Below, in pieces: positions 38,534 to 51,580 of a stretch of 54,290 nt of DNA. The stretch is from the NCBI RefSeq assembly GCF_001194135.2, contig NC_068991.1:17867553-17921842 (forward strand). The letters run 5' to 3'. Each line of letters opens with the position of its first letter. The stretch's first letter is position 1. The notes beneath the pieces were generated by a model that made no database searches, had not been told where the DNA came from, and saw only the letters and a list, made by a program, of their open reading frames with translations. The position numbers were made by a program, and so were the translations under genes. This DNA comes from Octopus bimaculoides (Eukaryota).

Positions 38534-39113
38534 GGATCTTTTTTAAAACGGGGGCCACATTTTTCATTAATGTTTTACGTAGTGTTTTTGGTACGGAAAG
38601 ACTTTCAAACTTCGTATACTTATCTATTTTGTGTTATAGAACAGAAAAATATTTTTATATTCGAATTTATTTCATGTAAAAAATTGTCTTNNNNNNNNNN
38701 NNNNNNTTATTTCGATAATTTCAACCAATCACTGACAAGTATTCAGTTGTTTACATTTACTCCTTTGGCTGATTAAGCGATGTAAAGCGTATTCAATCTC
38801 CATACCTTCGTTTTATTTGCTTTTTTCATTTTAAATTTGCTTTAACCCTAACCCTATGGTTAGGGTTAGGGTTAATTGTTTCAGAATCGTTTGTTTATGA
38901 AGTCGGCACTTAATGTATATCGGCTGAATGGACATCAGTGATTGGTTGAAATTACAGAAATACGACAACTTTAACATGGAATAATTTATGGATTTCTTTT
39001 TTTTTTAAGAAGACTAAGAGAAAAAGATGTTTTATATGACACATTCTACCAGTGTTCCAAGTTTCAAAGTGTTTCGTTAATGAAAAATGTGGCCCCCGTT
39101 TTAAAAAAGATCC
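38534..39113. mobile_element. MITE with 37-bp perfect TIRs and 8-bp TSD (Merlin-like, tentative)
   Basis: TIR GGATCTTTTTTAAAACGGGGGCCACATTTTTCATTAA at both ends; TSD TTATTATC (38526-38533 / 39114-39121); no ORF. Confidence 0.85.
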
Positions 39114-40284
39114 TTATTATCATTGTTATTAAGAAAGTGAAGTGGATAGGCAAGTCAGAACCCTGGGCTAGTTTAAATACTTAGCAATATTTAGTTAAGT
39201 CTAAGACAACAAGCTGGCAGAATCATTTGCATGTTGGGCAAAATGCTTAGCAGCATTTTGTCTGTCTTTATGTTTAAGTTCAAATTCTATTGAGGCTGAC
39301 TTTACCCTTCATCCTTTTGGTGTCAATAAAACACATACCAGTTCAGTGCTGGGATCGATGTAATCAACTTACCTCCACCTCTGAACTTGCTGGCTTTGTA
39401 CCACAATTTGAAATCAGTATTTAGTTAGGACTTTTTACATTCTGAGTTCAACTGCCACTGGAGTTAACATTGCCTTTCAACCTTCAGAGAAGTCAATCAA
39501 ATAAAGTACCAGTGAAGTACTGGAGTTGATATAATCAACATTATCCTCCCTCAAAATGTACACTTTGTTCCTGTATTAAAAATCATTATTCATATCAAGA
39601 AAATGTTGACAGAATTGGTTAAAATGTCAAAATACCTTGTGATATTTAGTGATGTCAAATCCCTCAAAATGTGTCTTTCATTTCTCAAGGGTTGATATCA
39701 AGTCAAGTACTGAGTTGATTTAAGCTATTGTTTCTTCCTCAAAAATTTGATTTTATGCAAACGTACAAAATCATTCCCACTATTATACTGGGTGGTAGGA
39801 AAATATGGCACAGTGGAACAAATGTCTTTGCAGTATTTAATTATATCCTTTTTAACATTTTGGGTTCAAATCCTGCTAAATGAATGTCTTCTTCACAATC
39901 TGTATTTGGGTCAGTTTCCTGGTTTAAGGATATCTCCTGCTCTGTCACTAGTCTTGGAGAACCTGTAGAGGGTCACAAGCACTGCTCTTCCTCATGACTA
40001 AACATTGATATCCAAACAAAAACAACACAACTCTATTTTTTCTCTATGAGGCCTGTCTGTAGCTGAAGGAGGACCTGGAGGGAAAATAACAGACAGCATT
40101 GTCAGAAATGTAGCTATGTATCTTATCTTTTACTTGTTTCAGTTGTTGGACTGTGGTGTTATTGGGGCACTACCTTGGAGGGTTTAGCCACACAAATTGA
40201 CCCCACTACAGGAATGTAAACGAACCAACACTAGTTGTCAGGTGGTACAGGAGAGTGGGTGGAGGACTAACGCAAAGACACACA

Positions 40285-40322
<38 letters not shown>

Positions 40323-41322
40323 GAAGGGCTTCCATCTACCAAATTCACTCACAAGGCATAGTAGAAGACACCCAAGGTGCTGCACAGTGGAATTGAACCC
40401 AAAAAGTAACATGGCTGCAAAGTGAGCTTCTTAACAACACAGCTATGCCTATTAAGTCCTAGCCTAGCAGAAGAGAGTAGGTTGATACTGTTGACTCCAG
40501 TTCTTGCAACAGGACGAGCTTTCTAAAGACACTCATTGATAATATGGTGAAAGAGTTAGGTCTACAACTGCCTTCTACTTGGTCATTATTTACTATATAG
40601 CAGTCCTTAAAGTTGTGATACTAAACCTAAGGAGGCATGTAGAACTAAGTAATACCATAAAACCATAGCCATCACCCACAAGTGAGTATGATCTGGTTAG
40701 CATGTACTATGTTTCCATTAATTGTAGTTATAAGCAGGCATGGACACCCTCTTGGTCTTCCCACTTCTTGTCCCAGCAGAACATGGGGGATATGAGAGCT
40801 GAAGAGAAAACAGTCTGGACCAGCATTAGGCTTGTGTTCATTTTTAGCTAAGTAGACTGAAATAATGGCAATTGAAGTGCTTTGCTCAAGGACACAATGC
40901 ATCATCCAGTACAGGAATTGAAACCACAACTTTGTGATCATGGTCCAACACCCTAGCCATTAGCCCACAGTGTTCATGTCAATAATTAAGAAAAAACAGG
41001 GCAGCAGATTGTTAGAATCTTTAGTTTGTTGGTCACAATGCCTTGTGGTATTTAGTTATGGCCATTTACATTATGAAACCTTTCAACATTCCAGGTTCAA
41101 TAAAATGAAGTACCAAGTACTTTATTTCATAAAATATTGCGGTAGATGTAATCAACTGTGACCTTGTATCAATGTTAAAAATCAATAATTAAAAAAAAAA
41201 AGTTTTTTTGTGTAATAGGCATCATTACTTTCCTTACACCATGAGAGGCCTTTTAAGAGCTGGTGTTTAGCTGTAATTTTCATCATGTGAAGCAAGTGAA
41301 TGATTTTAAAAGAAAAAATATT

Positions 41323-41822
41323 AAGTGCAGGAGTGGCTGTGTGGTAAGAAGCTTGCTTACCAACCACATGGTTCTGGGTTCAGTCCCACTGCATGGCATC
41401 TCGAGCAAGTGTCTTCTACTATAGCCTCGGGCCGACCAAAGCCTTGTGAGTGGATTTGGTAGATGGAAACTGAAAGAAGCCCGTTGTATATATATATATA
41501 TATATATATATATNNNNNNNNNNNNNNNNNNNNNNNNNNNNNNNNNNNNNNNNNNNNNNNNNNNNNNNNNNNNNNNNNNNNNNNNNNNNNNNNNNNNNNN
41601 NNNNNNNNNNNNNNNNNNNNNNNNNNNNNNNNNNNNNNNNNNNNNNNNNNTGTTTGTGTGTCTGTTTGTCCCCCAACATCGCTTGACAACCGATGCTGGT
41701 GTGTTTACGTCCCCGTAACTTAGCGGTTCGGTAAAAGAGACCGATAGAATAAGTACTAGGCTTACAAAGAATAAGTCTTGGGGTCGATTTGCTTGACTAA
41801 AGGCGGTGCTCCAGCATGGCTA
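41323..41822 (+). mobile_element. SINE family A copy with a gap inside its microsatellite
   Basis: GCAGGAGTGGCTGTGTGGTAAG...GGGTTCAGTCCCACTG head plus family A body. Confidence 0.85.
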
Positions 41823-43162
41823 CAGGCATGACCATGTTAAAAAGTTCACTTTGAAAGGACATGGTTTGATCCCAGTGTGCTGCACCTTGGGCAAGAGTCA
41901 TCTACTGTAGCCTTAGTTGATCCAAGTCTTGTCAATGAAATTGGATAGATGGATATTGTACAGAAGCTTGCTATATGAACTGTCACCCTTCTTGGGTCAC
42001 AGACTTAATCCATTGTGTGGATGGATGACTTCAATAGAAACCATTTTGTTGCAAGCATTTGGTCTAGATTTCATGCTGAGGATAAGCCATCAAGCATGTT
42101 TTTTTCCCTCTCTTTCCCTCACCAGTTGTGATGGCTGTTGGCTGTTTCTGATGAGGATGATGATGATATTGATAATGCTGTTGTTGCTGCTGCTGCCAAT
42201 GTAGAGCAGCAGTTGAACTGTAGAGAGGGCTGTGTTGGTGGTAAGAAGGGGGAGCACTAGGCCGTGTCTTCTCTGAAACGTGGCTGTTACTCCGTACACT
42301 GCTTTCCTTCTTCGAAATCATTAAAAAAAAAAATGTGACTACTCCTTCCTACTTAGCTATAAAAAATATTGCTGACATCTCATGATCTAAGTCTTGAGTC
42401 ACGAGTTAGAAATCATCAACATCATTATTGTAATCACCACTGTCATCATCATCACCAATCCCTGAATTCCAAATTGTTGGTCTTGTGCCCAAATTATTAT
42501 TACTACAATTTTTTTTTTTAAAGCAGTGAGCTGGCAGAATTTTTACTGTGTCAGGCAAAATGCTGAGAAGCATTTTCCTGGCTTTATCTTTTGAGTTCAA
42601 ATGCCTCCAAGTTCAACTTTGCTTTTTATCTTTTGGAGGTCATTAAAATAAGTATCAGTTAGGTATTGGGTCAGTATGATTCACTACTCCCTCCCCCAAA
42701 TTTCAGGCCTTGTGCCTATAATAGAAAGGATTATTATTATTATTATTATTCAGTAGTCTTATTTTTCTCACCTGCTTTCATTGCACCACTGAGCGCAGCT
42801 CTGTGTGCCTTGGGTATGTGTTGTGGTTTGTTGTGGTGCTCTTATTTTCACTGTTTTGAAAGTGCTTTACGTAGGATGTGCCCGGTGCCTAGTAAGTGCT
42901 ATTTGTAAGTCCTGGTGTTTTGGTTATGTATTTGTCTGAATGTTTTTCAATCATACCTAATGCACCTATTATTATCATAGGGATTGTTTCTGTTTTTAGG
43001 CTCCACATTCAGGTTACCTCTATTTTTAAAATTATTATTGTGGTAGTGGTGGTGATGAGCTGGCAGAATCATTAGATTCTTGACAGAGAGTGTGAGATAG
43101 ATTTGTTCATATCTATTTTTCTTTCTTAATCAATGTATATTTTGTTTGTATTTTCTATACAG

Positions 43163-43250
43163 TGTTGGTTCCACTCAACTAAAATCACCGCACCATCTCT
43201 CCTGGATATGTTTGCTGGAGTACCTGAAACTTGAACCTTATGAACTGAAG
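43163..43250 (+). CDS. ZFYVE26: ZFYVE26 coding exon 2 ((S)VGSTQLKSPHHLSWICLLEYLKLEPYELK)
   Basis: Acceptor ttttctatacag|T and donor AAG|GTATTT. 88 nt; phase 2 in, phase 0 out, which fits exons 1 and 3. PHHLSWICLLEY corresponds to the recalled spastizin motif PQRVAWVWLLVL. Confidence 0.85.
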
Positions 43251-43619
43251 GTATTTTTCATGAATTCTCTCCTTACAATTATACTACCACCTCAACCAAT
43301 TTCTAGGTATTACTACAAATCGTCTCCTCCTTGATCCACACCTATTTTTTTTTATCTTCCCCCCAAACTGAGATTTGCTATTGACCACCCATTCCACCCC
43401 AATCACCACCACCACCAACCATGTTCACCATTCACTACATTCACTTCTGTCATCATCTCTATCTTCTGTCGCCTTCCTTTCACACTCTTGCAAACTGACC
43501 CACCTAACCATACTTGATTCATATTTAGAATCATTCATATTTAGAATCATTAAAAGACAACTTCATATTGATGAAAGTGGATTAGTATTCATTTCATGCA
43601 TCAGGATTTAATGTGAAAC

Positions 43620-44245
43620 ATGTGGTTGTGAGCATATGAAACTTGCTTCCTGACTATGTGGTCTCAGGTTCCATTCCACTGTGCTGCACCCCTTGGAAAA
43701 GTATCTTTTATTATAGGCCTAGGCCAACCGAAGCCTTGTGAATGGATTTGGTGAACAGAAACTGAAAGAAGTATGAGCATGTTTGTGTCTCATTGTCTTG
43801 ACATTGCATGATAGTTGTAAATGAGTGCTACTGTCATACAAGCAGTGTCATTCACATCTAATATCTTGTGGAAACATGTCTGGCCATGGGGAAATATTAT
43901 CTTGCTTAGAAACAAGTGAGGGTTGGAAACAGGACGGGCATCTGGCCATAGAAAATCTGTTTCAATAAACTCTGTCCAACCCATGCAAACATGGAAAGGT
44001 GGATGTTAAAACAATGATGATGATGATACATATTTGTGTGTGTGTTTCACCTTGTCTTGACATCATATAATGGTTGTAAATGAGCTTCACTGTCACACAA
44101 GTGGTGCTGTTCCTTTCCAATCTTCTATAAAAATTACATCTGGATATGGGTAAATATTACCTTGTTTGGAAACAAGGGAAGGTCATCTAACCACTAAAAA
44201 TCTGTCCGACCCATGCAAAAATGGAAAAGTGGGTGTTAAATGATG
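43620..44245 (+). mobile_element. SINE family D (family A head, different body, (GAT)n tail), two tandem units
   Basis: Body ...GTCTTGACAT..GTTGTAAATGAG..GGAAATATTA..CCCATGCAAACATGGAAA..(ATG)n is repeated. Related copies at about 5605-6062 and 13560-14250 (-). Confidence 0.65.
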
Positions 44246-44669
44246 ATGAGAATAATGCATTGCTTGTTGTTGTATGTACGTAAAGAAAACTATATAGCTT
44301 TTACTACAGTATCATCTGGTATTTGCCATAACATTATTGAAACAAGACAGCAATACATACACATGACTGGAGATCCCAGTACTTTCAAATTCAAACTCAA
44401 GTTGCAAAGTATCTCCACTTGATGTTGCTTGGCATTTACTTCATGATGCTTGCTTATTTGTGATGAGTCACTTATGTATCAACAACATCTCTTTAAAGCA
44501 CTCGATTAAATGGTGAAGGACATTCTGAATAATAGTAGATTATTTGATGGCAAATTGCTTATTCATGGGGAAGTTTATCAGTAATATGCAAAGCACAACA
44601 GCCTTCCTTTATTTCAAAAGAAATTCTTGCATTTGAAACTCTTTTGAAGCTTTGTGGTGAGAAGTTTGC

Positions 44670-44783
44670 CTCTGTCTTGGTTCAGTCCCACTGCATGGCA
44701 CATTGGGCAGGTGTCTTCTACTGTAAATTCAGGCCAACCAAAGCCTTGTGTGTGAATTTGGAAGATAGAAATTGAAAGAAGGT

Positions 44784-44818
<35 letters not shown>

Positions 44819-44980
44819 CACAGGAGTGGTTGTGTGGTAAGAAGCTTGCTTTCCAAACACATGGTAATGGGTTCAGTCCCACTGCATGACATCTTGGACA
44901 AGTGTCTTCTACTATAGCCTTGGGCTGACCAAAGCTTTGTGAGTGGATTTGGTGTATGGAAACTGAAAGAAGCTCATCAT
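44670..44980 (+). mobile_element. Two head-to-tail SINE family A/D heads separated by (AT)n
   Basis: A 5'-truncated head at 44670-44790 and a second head from about 44815 into the gap. Confidence 0.7.
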
Positions 44981-45588
44981 NNNNNNNNNNNNNNNNNNNN
45001 NNNNNNNNNNNNNNNNNNNNNNNNNNNNNNNNNNNNNNNNNNNNNNNNNNNNNNNNNNNNNNNNNNNNNNNNNNNNNNNNNNNNNNNNNNNNNNNNNNNN
45101 NNNNNNNNNNNNNNNNNNNNNNNNNNNNNNNNNNNNNNNNNNNNNNNNNNNNNNNNNNNNNNNNNNNNNNNNNNNNNNNNNNNNNNNNNNNNNNNNNNNN
45201 NNNNNNNNNNNNNNNNNNNNNNNNNNNNNNNNNNNNNNNNNNNNNNNNNNNNNNNNNNNNNNNNNNNNNNNNNNNNNNNNNNNNNNNNNNNNNNNNNNNN
45301 NNNNNNNNNNNNNNNNNNNNNNNNNNNNNNNNNNNNNNNNNNNNNNNNNNNNNNNNNNNNNNNNNNNNNNNNNNNNNNNNNNNNNNNNNNNNNNNNNNNN
45401 NNNNNNNNNNNNNNNNNNNNNNNNNNNNNNNNNNNNNNNNNNNNNNNNNNNNNNNNNNNNNNNNNNNNNNNNNNNNNNNNNNNNNNNNNNNNNNNNNNNN
45501 NNNNNNNNNNNNNNNNNNNNNNNNNNNNNNNNNNNNNNNNNNNNNNNNNNNNNNNNNNNNNNNNNNNNNNNNNNNNNNNNNNNNNNNN

Positions 45589-45897
45589 AACAGCAAATTT
45601 AAAAAGAAAAAAGCAAATAAAACGAATAAAAAAAACAGAAAATGAAAAAAGCAAATAAAATGAAGCTATGGCTTAATCAGCCAAAGGAGTAAATGTAAAC
45701 AACTGAATACTTGTCAGTGATTGGTTGAAATTATCGAAATAAGACAATTTTTTACATGAAATAAATTTGAATACAAAAATATTTTTCTGTTCTATAACAC
45801 AAAATAGATAAGTATACGAAGTTTGAAAGTCTTTCGGTACCAAAAACACTACGTAAAACATTAATGAAAAATGTGGCCCCCGTTTTAAAAAAGATCC
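45589..45897. mobile_element. Second, inverted copy of the 37-bp-TIR MITE; other end lost in the gap
   Basis: Near-identical to the reverse complement of 38534-38840 and ends in the same TIR at 45897. Confidence 0.85.
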
Positions 45898-46385
45898 AAA
45901 ACTTTTTATGAAAACATAAATGGTACTGCTTGAGAGTGGGTTCAAGTAGCCATTACATCCTCATTAGTTATTTATCCATCTCTCATTCATTCGTTTTATG
46001 TCTTTTGTCCCCACTGTGGTGTTCTGTCTGTCTTTGTGCCATCCCCCTATGTATTATGGCCTGTATGCAAATAAAGAAAAGCAGTCAGCGAGGTACACTG
46101 TTCAGGCTAGTCCCACAGAGACAATGAAACACGTTGTCATAATGCGGGACATAACAAAAACTAAGCAGTGATAGATGAGTGGTTAAGAAGTTTTCTTCAC
46201 AACCATCTAGTTTTGGGTTCAGTCCCACTGTGCAGCATCTTGAGCAAGTTTTTTTTTATATACTATACCCTAGACTGCCAGTACCTTGTGAGAAAAATTT
46301 GGTTGACAGAAACTGTGTGGAAACCTATCATTGTCTGTGTGTCTTCTTATATGTATCTATGAGATTCTCTCTCCCTCCCTCTCTG

Positions 46386-46440
<55 letters not shown>

Positions 46441-46604
46441 TCATCATCATCATCGTTTAACATCCGCTTTCCATGCTAGCATGGGTTGGACGATTATATA
46501 TATATAAAATAAATGAAAGACAAATGAATATATGTGTGTGTGTGAATCAATGAATATATATCTTTCTGTGTCATTCTGATGCAATCTTGTTGATTTTTTT
46601 GCAG

Positions 46605-46694
46605 CCATCTGATGTAGAAACACTGAAACGTGATGTTGAGTTTCGTATACTTCTTTCTGATGCATCCAGCGCTACTGATTCAAACACAATACAG
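46605..46694 (+). CDS. ZFYVE26: ZFYVE26 coding exon 3 (PSDVETLKRDVEFRILLSDASSATDSNTIQ)
   Basis: Acceptor ttttttgcag|, donor CAG|GTCTGA. 90 nt, phase 0/0, open frame; not in the ORF track. LKRDVEFRILLSD aligns with recalled spastizin FRRKLEFLLLSED. Confidence 0.8.
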
Positions 46695-46854
46695 GTCTGA
46701 CCCATGATTTTCTTCTTATTTTAACTTTTTCTTTCTGTTTCTTTTCGTCAATTTACAGGAGAGAGAGCGAGCAAAGATTGAGAAATCTTTGATCTCTACG
46801 TACCTCATGCCATATCATAAGATTTTATTTATACTCATTATGTATGTGTGTTTT

Positions 46855-46879
<25 letters not shown>

Positions 46880-46885
<6 letters not shown>

Positions 46886-47205
46886 CCATGGAAAACAAAC
46901 TTCAACCACCTATTCTGACTATATGTCTGTGCACACGTTTGAAAGTGGTGTATGCCAGAAGGCTTGCAAATCCAGTGGGGGTCTTAAAAGACATGCTAGG
47001 ATCCACAATGAGCAGAACTCACCTGCAGGTATTGGTAATTCAAATCAGAGGTGTAATCTGTATGGGTATTTAAAAAGCCACATCAGACGCCATGAAAGGG
47101 CTAAGGTGTAGGTACAGGAGGTGGTCAAACTCTGTGTAAGGAGTAGACAACCACCACCACCATGTATGTATGTATGTATGTATGTATGTATGTATGTATG
47201 TATGT
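46880..47205 (+). mobile_element. LINE 3' end with C2H2 zinc-finger-like C-terminus, copy 2 (ZFYVE26 intron 3)
   Basis: GVCQKACKSSGGLKRHARIH...LKSHIRRHERAKV*, then a short UTR and an (ATGT)n tail. The second copy in the window argues against a host exon. Confidence 0.65.
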
Positions 47206-49308
47206 TATTGACATCATAAAAATTTATAAACTTCTGGGAGAATGTGGAATTCTCCTTTGGAACAGTGGATCTCGAAGCACATGATAAAGCTATAAATAAA
47301 ACCATGCAAATATTGGTTGAAAAATCCTTTTGGATAGAAAAAGTTGAAGGTTACTTGTGGGATTCAAACTCACTCCTCCTGTAGATACGACAGGAGAAAT
47401 ATGCATGTGTGGGTGTGTTCTTTTAGGTTTAATCAGAAGAAAGGCGCAATGCCTATGACTTTTGTAGATCATCTATGATATGTGAGATTTATGTACTTGA
47501 TGTTCGAACATATTAAGTCAATAACTGCAAAAAAATGAATGTGGGTAGCAAAGAACTTCTGGAGGGTTGTTGTTTTGGGAAGGAAGGATGGGGTTAGTGA
47601 TTAGTGTGGGACTTGGAAAGAGACTTACAGAACTGGTGATTAGAGGAGATGAGATGAACGTGGTTAAAGGACAAGTTGGAAGTGGTATGTATCTAGCTAG
47701 TTCTGGGAAGTAGAGACCATTGGCAGGATGAAGAGACGGTGCTACTGTGGGTTACAGAGTGAATTATATTGATGAGTGAGGCCTGAACAAAGTGTGGGAT
47801 ATTAATGTGTATAGCAGCAGCTCTGTTCCATTGTGGGTCTCTCTTGATATTTGTACACATGTGACTTTGATATTCTAGTATGATCAGATATTAAAATATG
47901 TTGCAACTTAAGGAAGTGAGCTAGCAGAATCGTTGGCATGCTGAGCAAAATGCTTAGGGGCATTTTGTCTGTCTTTATGATCTGAGTTCAAATTCCACCA
48001 AAGTCAACTTTGCCTTTCCTCTTTTTGGGGTTGATAAAATAGGTACTAGTTATACACTGGGATTGATGTAATTGACTTCCCCGCTCCTCAAAATTGCTGG
48101 CCTTGTACCAAAATTTGAAACCAACTTAGAATGGCAGATTGGCAAAATCATTTGGCAAATGCCTTGTGGTATTTTTTCTGGTTCTTTCCATTCTGGGTTC
48201 AAGTCCTACCAAAATCAACTTTATTTTCCATCTCTTCAGAGTCAATAAAACAATGTGCCAATCAAGTACTGGGGCTAGCTCAGTAAACTAAACTCCTACA
48301 CCAAATTTCGGGCCTTGTATCTATTTTAGAAACAAATATATATTGCAACTCATATTTAAGTAATATTTCTTCAAAGTATAGTCTTTTACACTCTGGATTT
48401 CCTTGTCAAACTAATGTTATATTTTGTACATATCAGAATGTTTTATAAATATTTGATTTAAGTAATCTAAACTTGTAAAGATTCATGTAATCTAAGCTTG
48501 CAAAGAGTTTTAAGTCATAATTCCTTTTTTAGCATCCCAGGAGGAAGTTCGGATATTTGAGTGGAGAAACACTTTATTATTCTTATTGTTTTTGTAGACT
48601 CATTTCCTTTAATGTTCTGACCTTTCCAAGAATGCTTAAGTAGACATCAAAAAAACAAGTTTATTTTTAAGACTAGCAGAAAGACTATCCTCTGGGCAGT
48701 TTTCTGCTAGTCAAACCTGGAATGTGTGTGTGTTTATATTACAGAGACAGTGTGTGTGTTTATATTAGATAGACCATGTGTGTGAGAGAGAGAGAGAGAG
48801 ATAGAGGGAGAACATTGAAAACAATGAATAAAATAAACATGAAATGAGAAAATCGTATAAATAAAAGCTCATTAAAAGCTATTGCTATCTTGTACTGAAT
48901 ATTTAAATTTGTGAACTTGAAATACTCAAAAATAAAAGACAAGCAGAGTAAATTAAACAAATCAGTAGAGATCAACAGGAAACCACCAGTGTATCTTTCC
49001 TAAGAAATTATCATGAATCCTTAGACTAGGGTATGTGGGTCCATGATCACTGATGTCAGTTAGTAAGAAACATGGAGGGATGAGAGAGAGAAAGATACAA
49101 GTCTGATCCCTTGGTATGTGTACTGATTGTGTCTTTGTGCTGTTGAAGGAGAGTAAATTGTTATGGTACTTTTGAAGAATGATCATATGCTTTCATTAAG
49201 TTTTTAATTCAAAACAGTTTTTTTGCAGTGAGACTAATTATGTTTATATACATGTAATAGTTTCTATCATAATTCTAATTATGTCTTTTGCCATCAATCA
49301 ACCTATAG

Positions 49309-49959
49309 GAGCTGTACATATTCCACAAACTCATACCAAACAGTGAAGATGAACGGATGTCAAATGATGGAATTAGTCAGACTTTGTCTCAGAGGACGTG
49401 TAACTTCCTCAAGGAACTGCTGCTTACCAAACCAGAACTGGGCAGTGCTATAATCAACCACCTGAAATGCCCAAACAAACCAAACCTCAAACTTCACCAA
49501 ACAATGATGGAACAGGTGTACATATCCTGTATCAACCGGTGTATTTCAGCTGTGTATTCCGAAGACTCACTTCTCAGTCAAGTGGATAAATGCGATCAGG
49601 TGTACACGATATTGTCACTTTTCAATCCTGACAATGAGGCAACAGTGCTGAACCTGAATCAGACAATTTCTGGCCTTGTTGATCTCTGCCAAAGAGGATT
49701 GGTTCCTGAGGACCGCATCCTTTCACTAATGGCCAGCAAAAAGAAACCATTTCTCTTGACACAGTTAAGTGATGAGCTAGCCTCTTCACACATGAACCAA
49801 TTGATAACCGGTGATAAATCCATCTCAAAACACAGTGAGCTAAATGATAACTTGAGGCAACTGCTTACCCTGTCAAAGTGCACAGACCATTCATTGAGTT
49901 GGTCACAGCTCTATTTCAAATGCATGAAAGACAACCAGCATTTTTTGGAAAGCTATGTG
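49309..49959 (+). CDS. ZFYVE26: ZFYVE26 coding exon 4 (ELYIFHKLIP...SWSQLYFKCMKDNQHFLESYV)
   Basis: Acceptor acctatag|GAG, donor GTG|GTAAGA. 651 nt, in frame with ORF 49357-49974. Starts ELY as in spastizin; WSQLYFKCMKDNQHFLE matches recalled WKVAYFYCLSNNKHFLE. Confidence 0.92.
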
Positions 49960-51058
49960 GTAAGAAACCAATAATTGCATTATTCAATTCTTTCTTTGAT
50001 TTTTAAATTTATTTTCTTATTCACTCATTGGTCTAAGGTTTTACTCTACAATTTTAGGGTATATTTGGGGAGCTGCATTTATTTATTCTCCTTTCGCTAA
50101 TTTTGCTTTGCTGTTAGGGGTAGACACCACCCCTTTCAAAGTGTCACATTTCTTTGCTGTATAGAGGAGTCTTAGTCTTTGTCAATTTAGGCAATTTTAT
50201 ATATGTAGGGATGCCGTGAGGTTGTGAAGCCCTGCATTTATAGTGATTTTGAAGCTCTAATTCCTTTATGAGGGTCTGAATACTCATTGAAAACATACAT
50301 GGCAGGTGTCAATGTTGCTCCTGTTCCATTGCATAAAGTTAAACAGGAAGGGCTGTAATTTATATACCATATTTATGTAAGCTGATGTGTATGTCTATAC
50401 TCACTCATGTGTACATATAATCTTTTCTAGTAAAAGTAAAAGCATATTGTCCAATATATTTTTACTCCTTTTGGTAACATAGGCAGTTGATAAATGAATG
50501 TATATCGATTCTTTTAAAATCCATATGCACACACATTCTCTGCTCTAGTAAAAACAAAAGTAGCATACCTAATATATTTGTAGTCAATTTTTATTTATTC
50601 TTGTTTAGTTGATAAATGAATGTATATTGAACTTTTACAATAAAAAGTTAACATTGGCTACAGTGTTTCAGATTGTTTGCCTTGGTTAACCTTTTCTATT
50701 AAATTGCAAAATTTTACTAAACAAGTACTCGGAATAATCCTTCAGTTTAATTTTAAATTGTTTTTATGTATAAACATGCACACACATACACATACACACA
50801 CGTATTATGAAGGCAAGCAAGCCAAAGCTTTGCAGTCACTGTCAAGCTTTATCTTGTAAAACGTTTAATAAACATGTACTCTGCTAAAAGTTTTGAGTAA
50901 TCCTTCAGTATAATGTTAGACTGCTTTTATATATAATTTGACCTAAAAATAAACATTAATGTTTTAAATGAATATATATCAATTCTTAAAACAAAACTAA
51001 ACTTATTTTCTTCATAGTATTACATTAACAAAATTTATTTTTCTTATTCTTTACACAG

Positions 51059-51226
51059 GAAGCTGCTATTAGCCTGATCAGTTCAGGGAGATTTGATGAA
51101 TTAAGAGAGCTCTTTGAACCAGAAGAACTGCAGCCTCTGAAATCTTTGGTACTTCTTGTTGGATGGCCTTACTGTTACACCTGTGCTAATGCAACCTGCT
51201 TACTAGAGATCTTGTTGGAATCTAAG
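51059..51226 (+). CDS. ZFYVE26: ZFYVE26 coding exon 5 (EAAISLISSGRFDELRELFEPEELQPLKSLVLLVGWPYCYTCANATCLLEILLESK)
   Basis: Acceptor ttctttacacag|, donor AAG|GTAAGA. 168 nt, phase 0/0. LQPLKSLVLLVGW matches recalled FRPLSCLLVLLGW. Confidence 0.92.
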
Positions 51227-51427
51227 GTAAGATGTCTGATTTGAATAGTATTTATATTGTCACTATAGTGTTACCCATTATATGCTGGGTAACTTTAGAA
51301 GTATATTTTTGCCACCATGGATAATACTAGAAAATATGGCATACATACAATAATAATAGTCAAATAACTTTTATCAAATTTCTTGGTGCTTATAAAAAAT
51401 ATGGAATGAATACAAATTTTAAAAAGA

Positions 51428-51547
51428 TGGTTCCGGGTTCAGTCCCACTGCGTGGCACCTTGGGCAAGTGTCTTCTACTATAGCCTCTCGGGCCGACTAA
51501 AGCCTTGTGAGTGGATTTGGTAGACGGAAACTGAAAGAAGCCCGTCG

Positions 51548-51580
<33 letters not shown>

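Noticed and set aside
38843-38874. Chromosome-fusion telomere relic
   Set aside because: Only about 2.5 hexamers per side, inside a TSD-bounded MITE; kept only as an element feature.
48532-48640. Candidate ZFYVE26 exon 3 (HPRRKFGYL...)
   Set aside because: No suitable donor and poor homology compared with 46605-46694.
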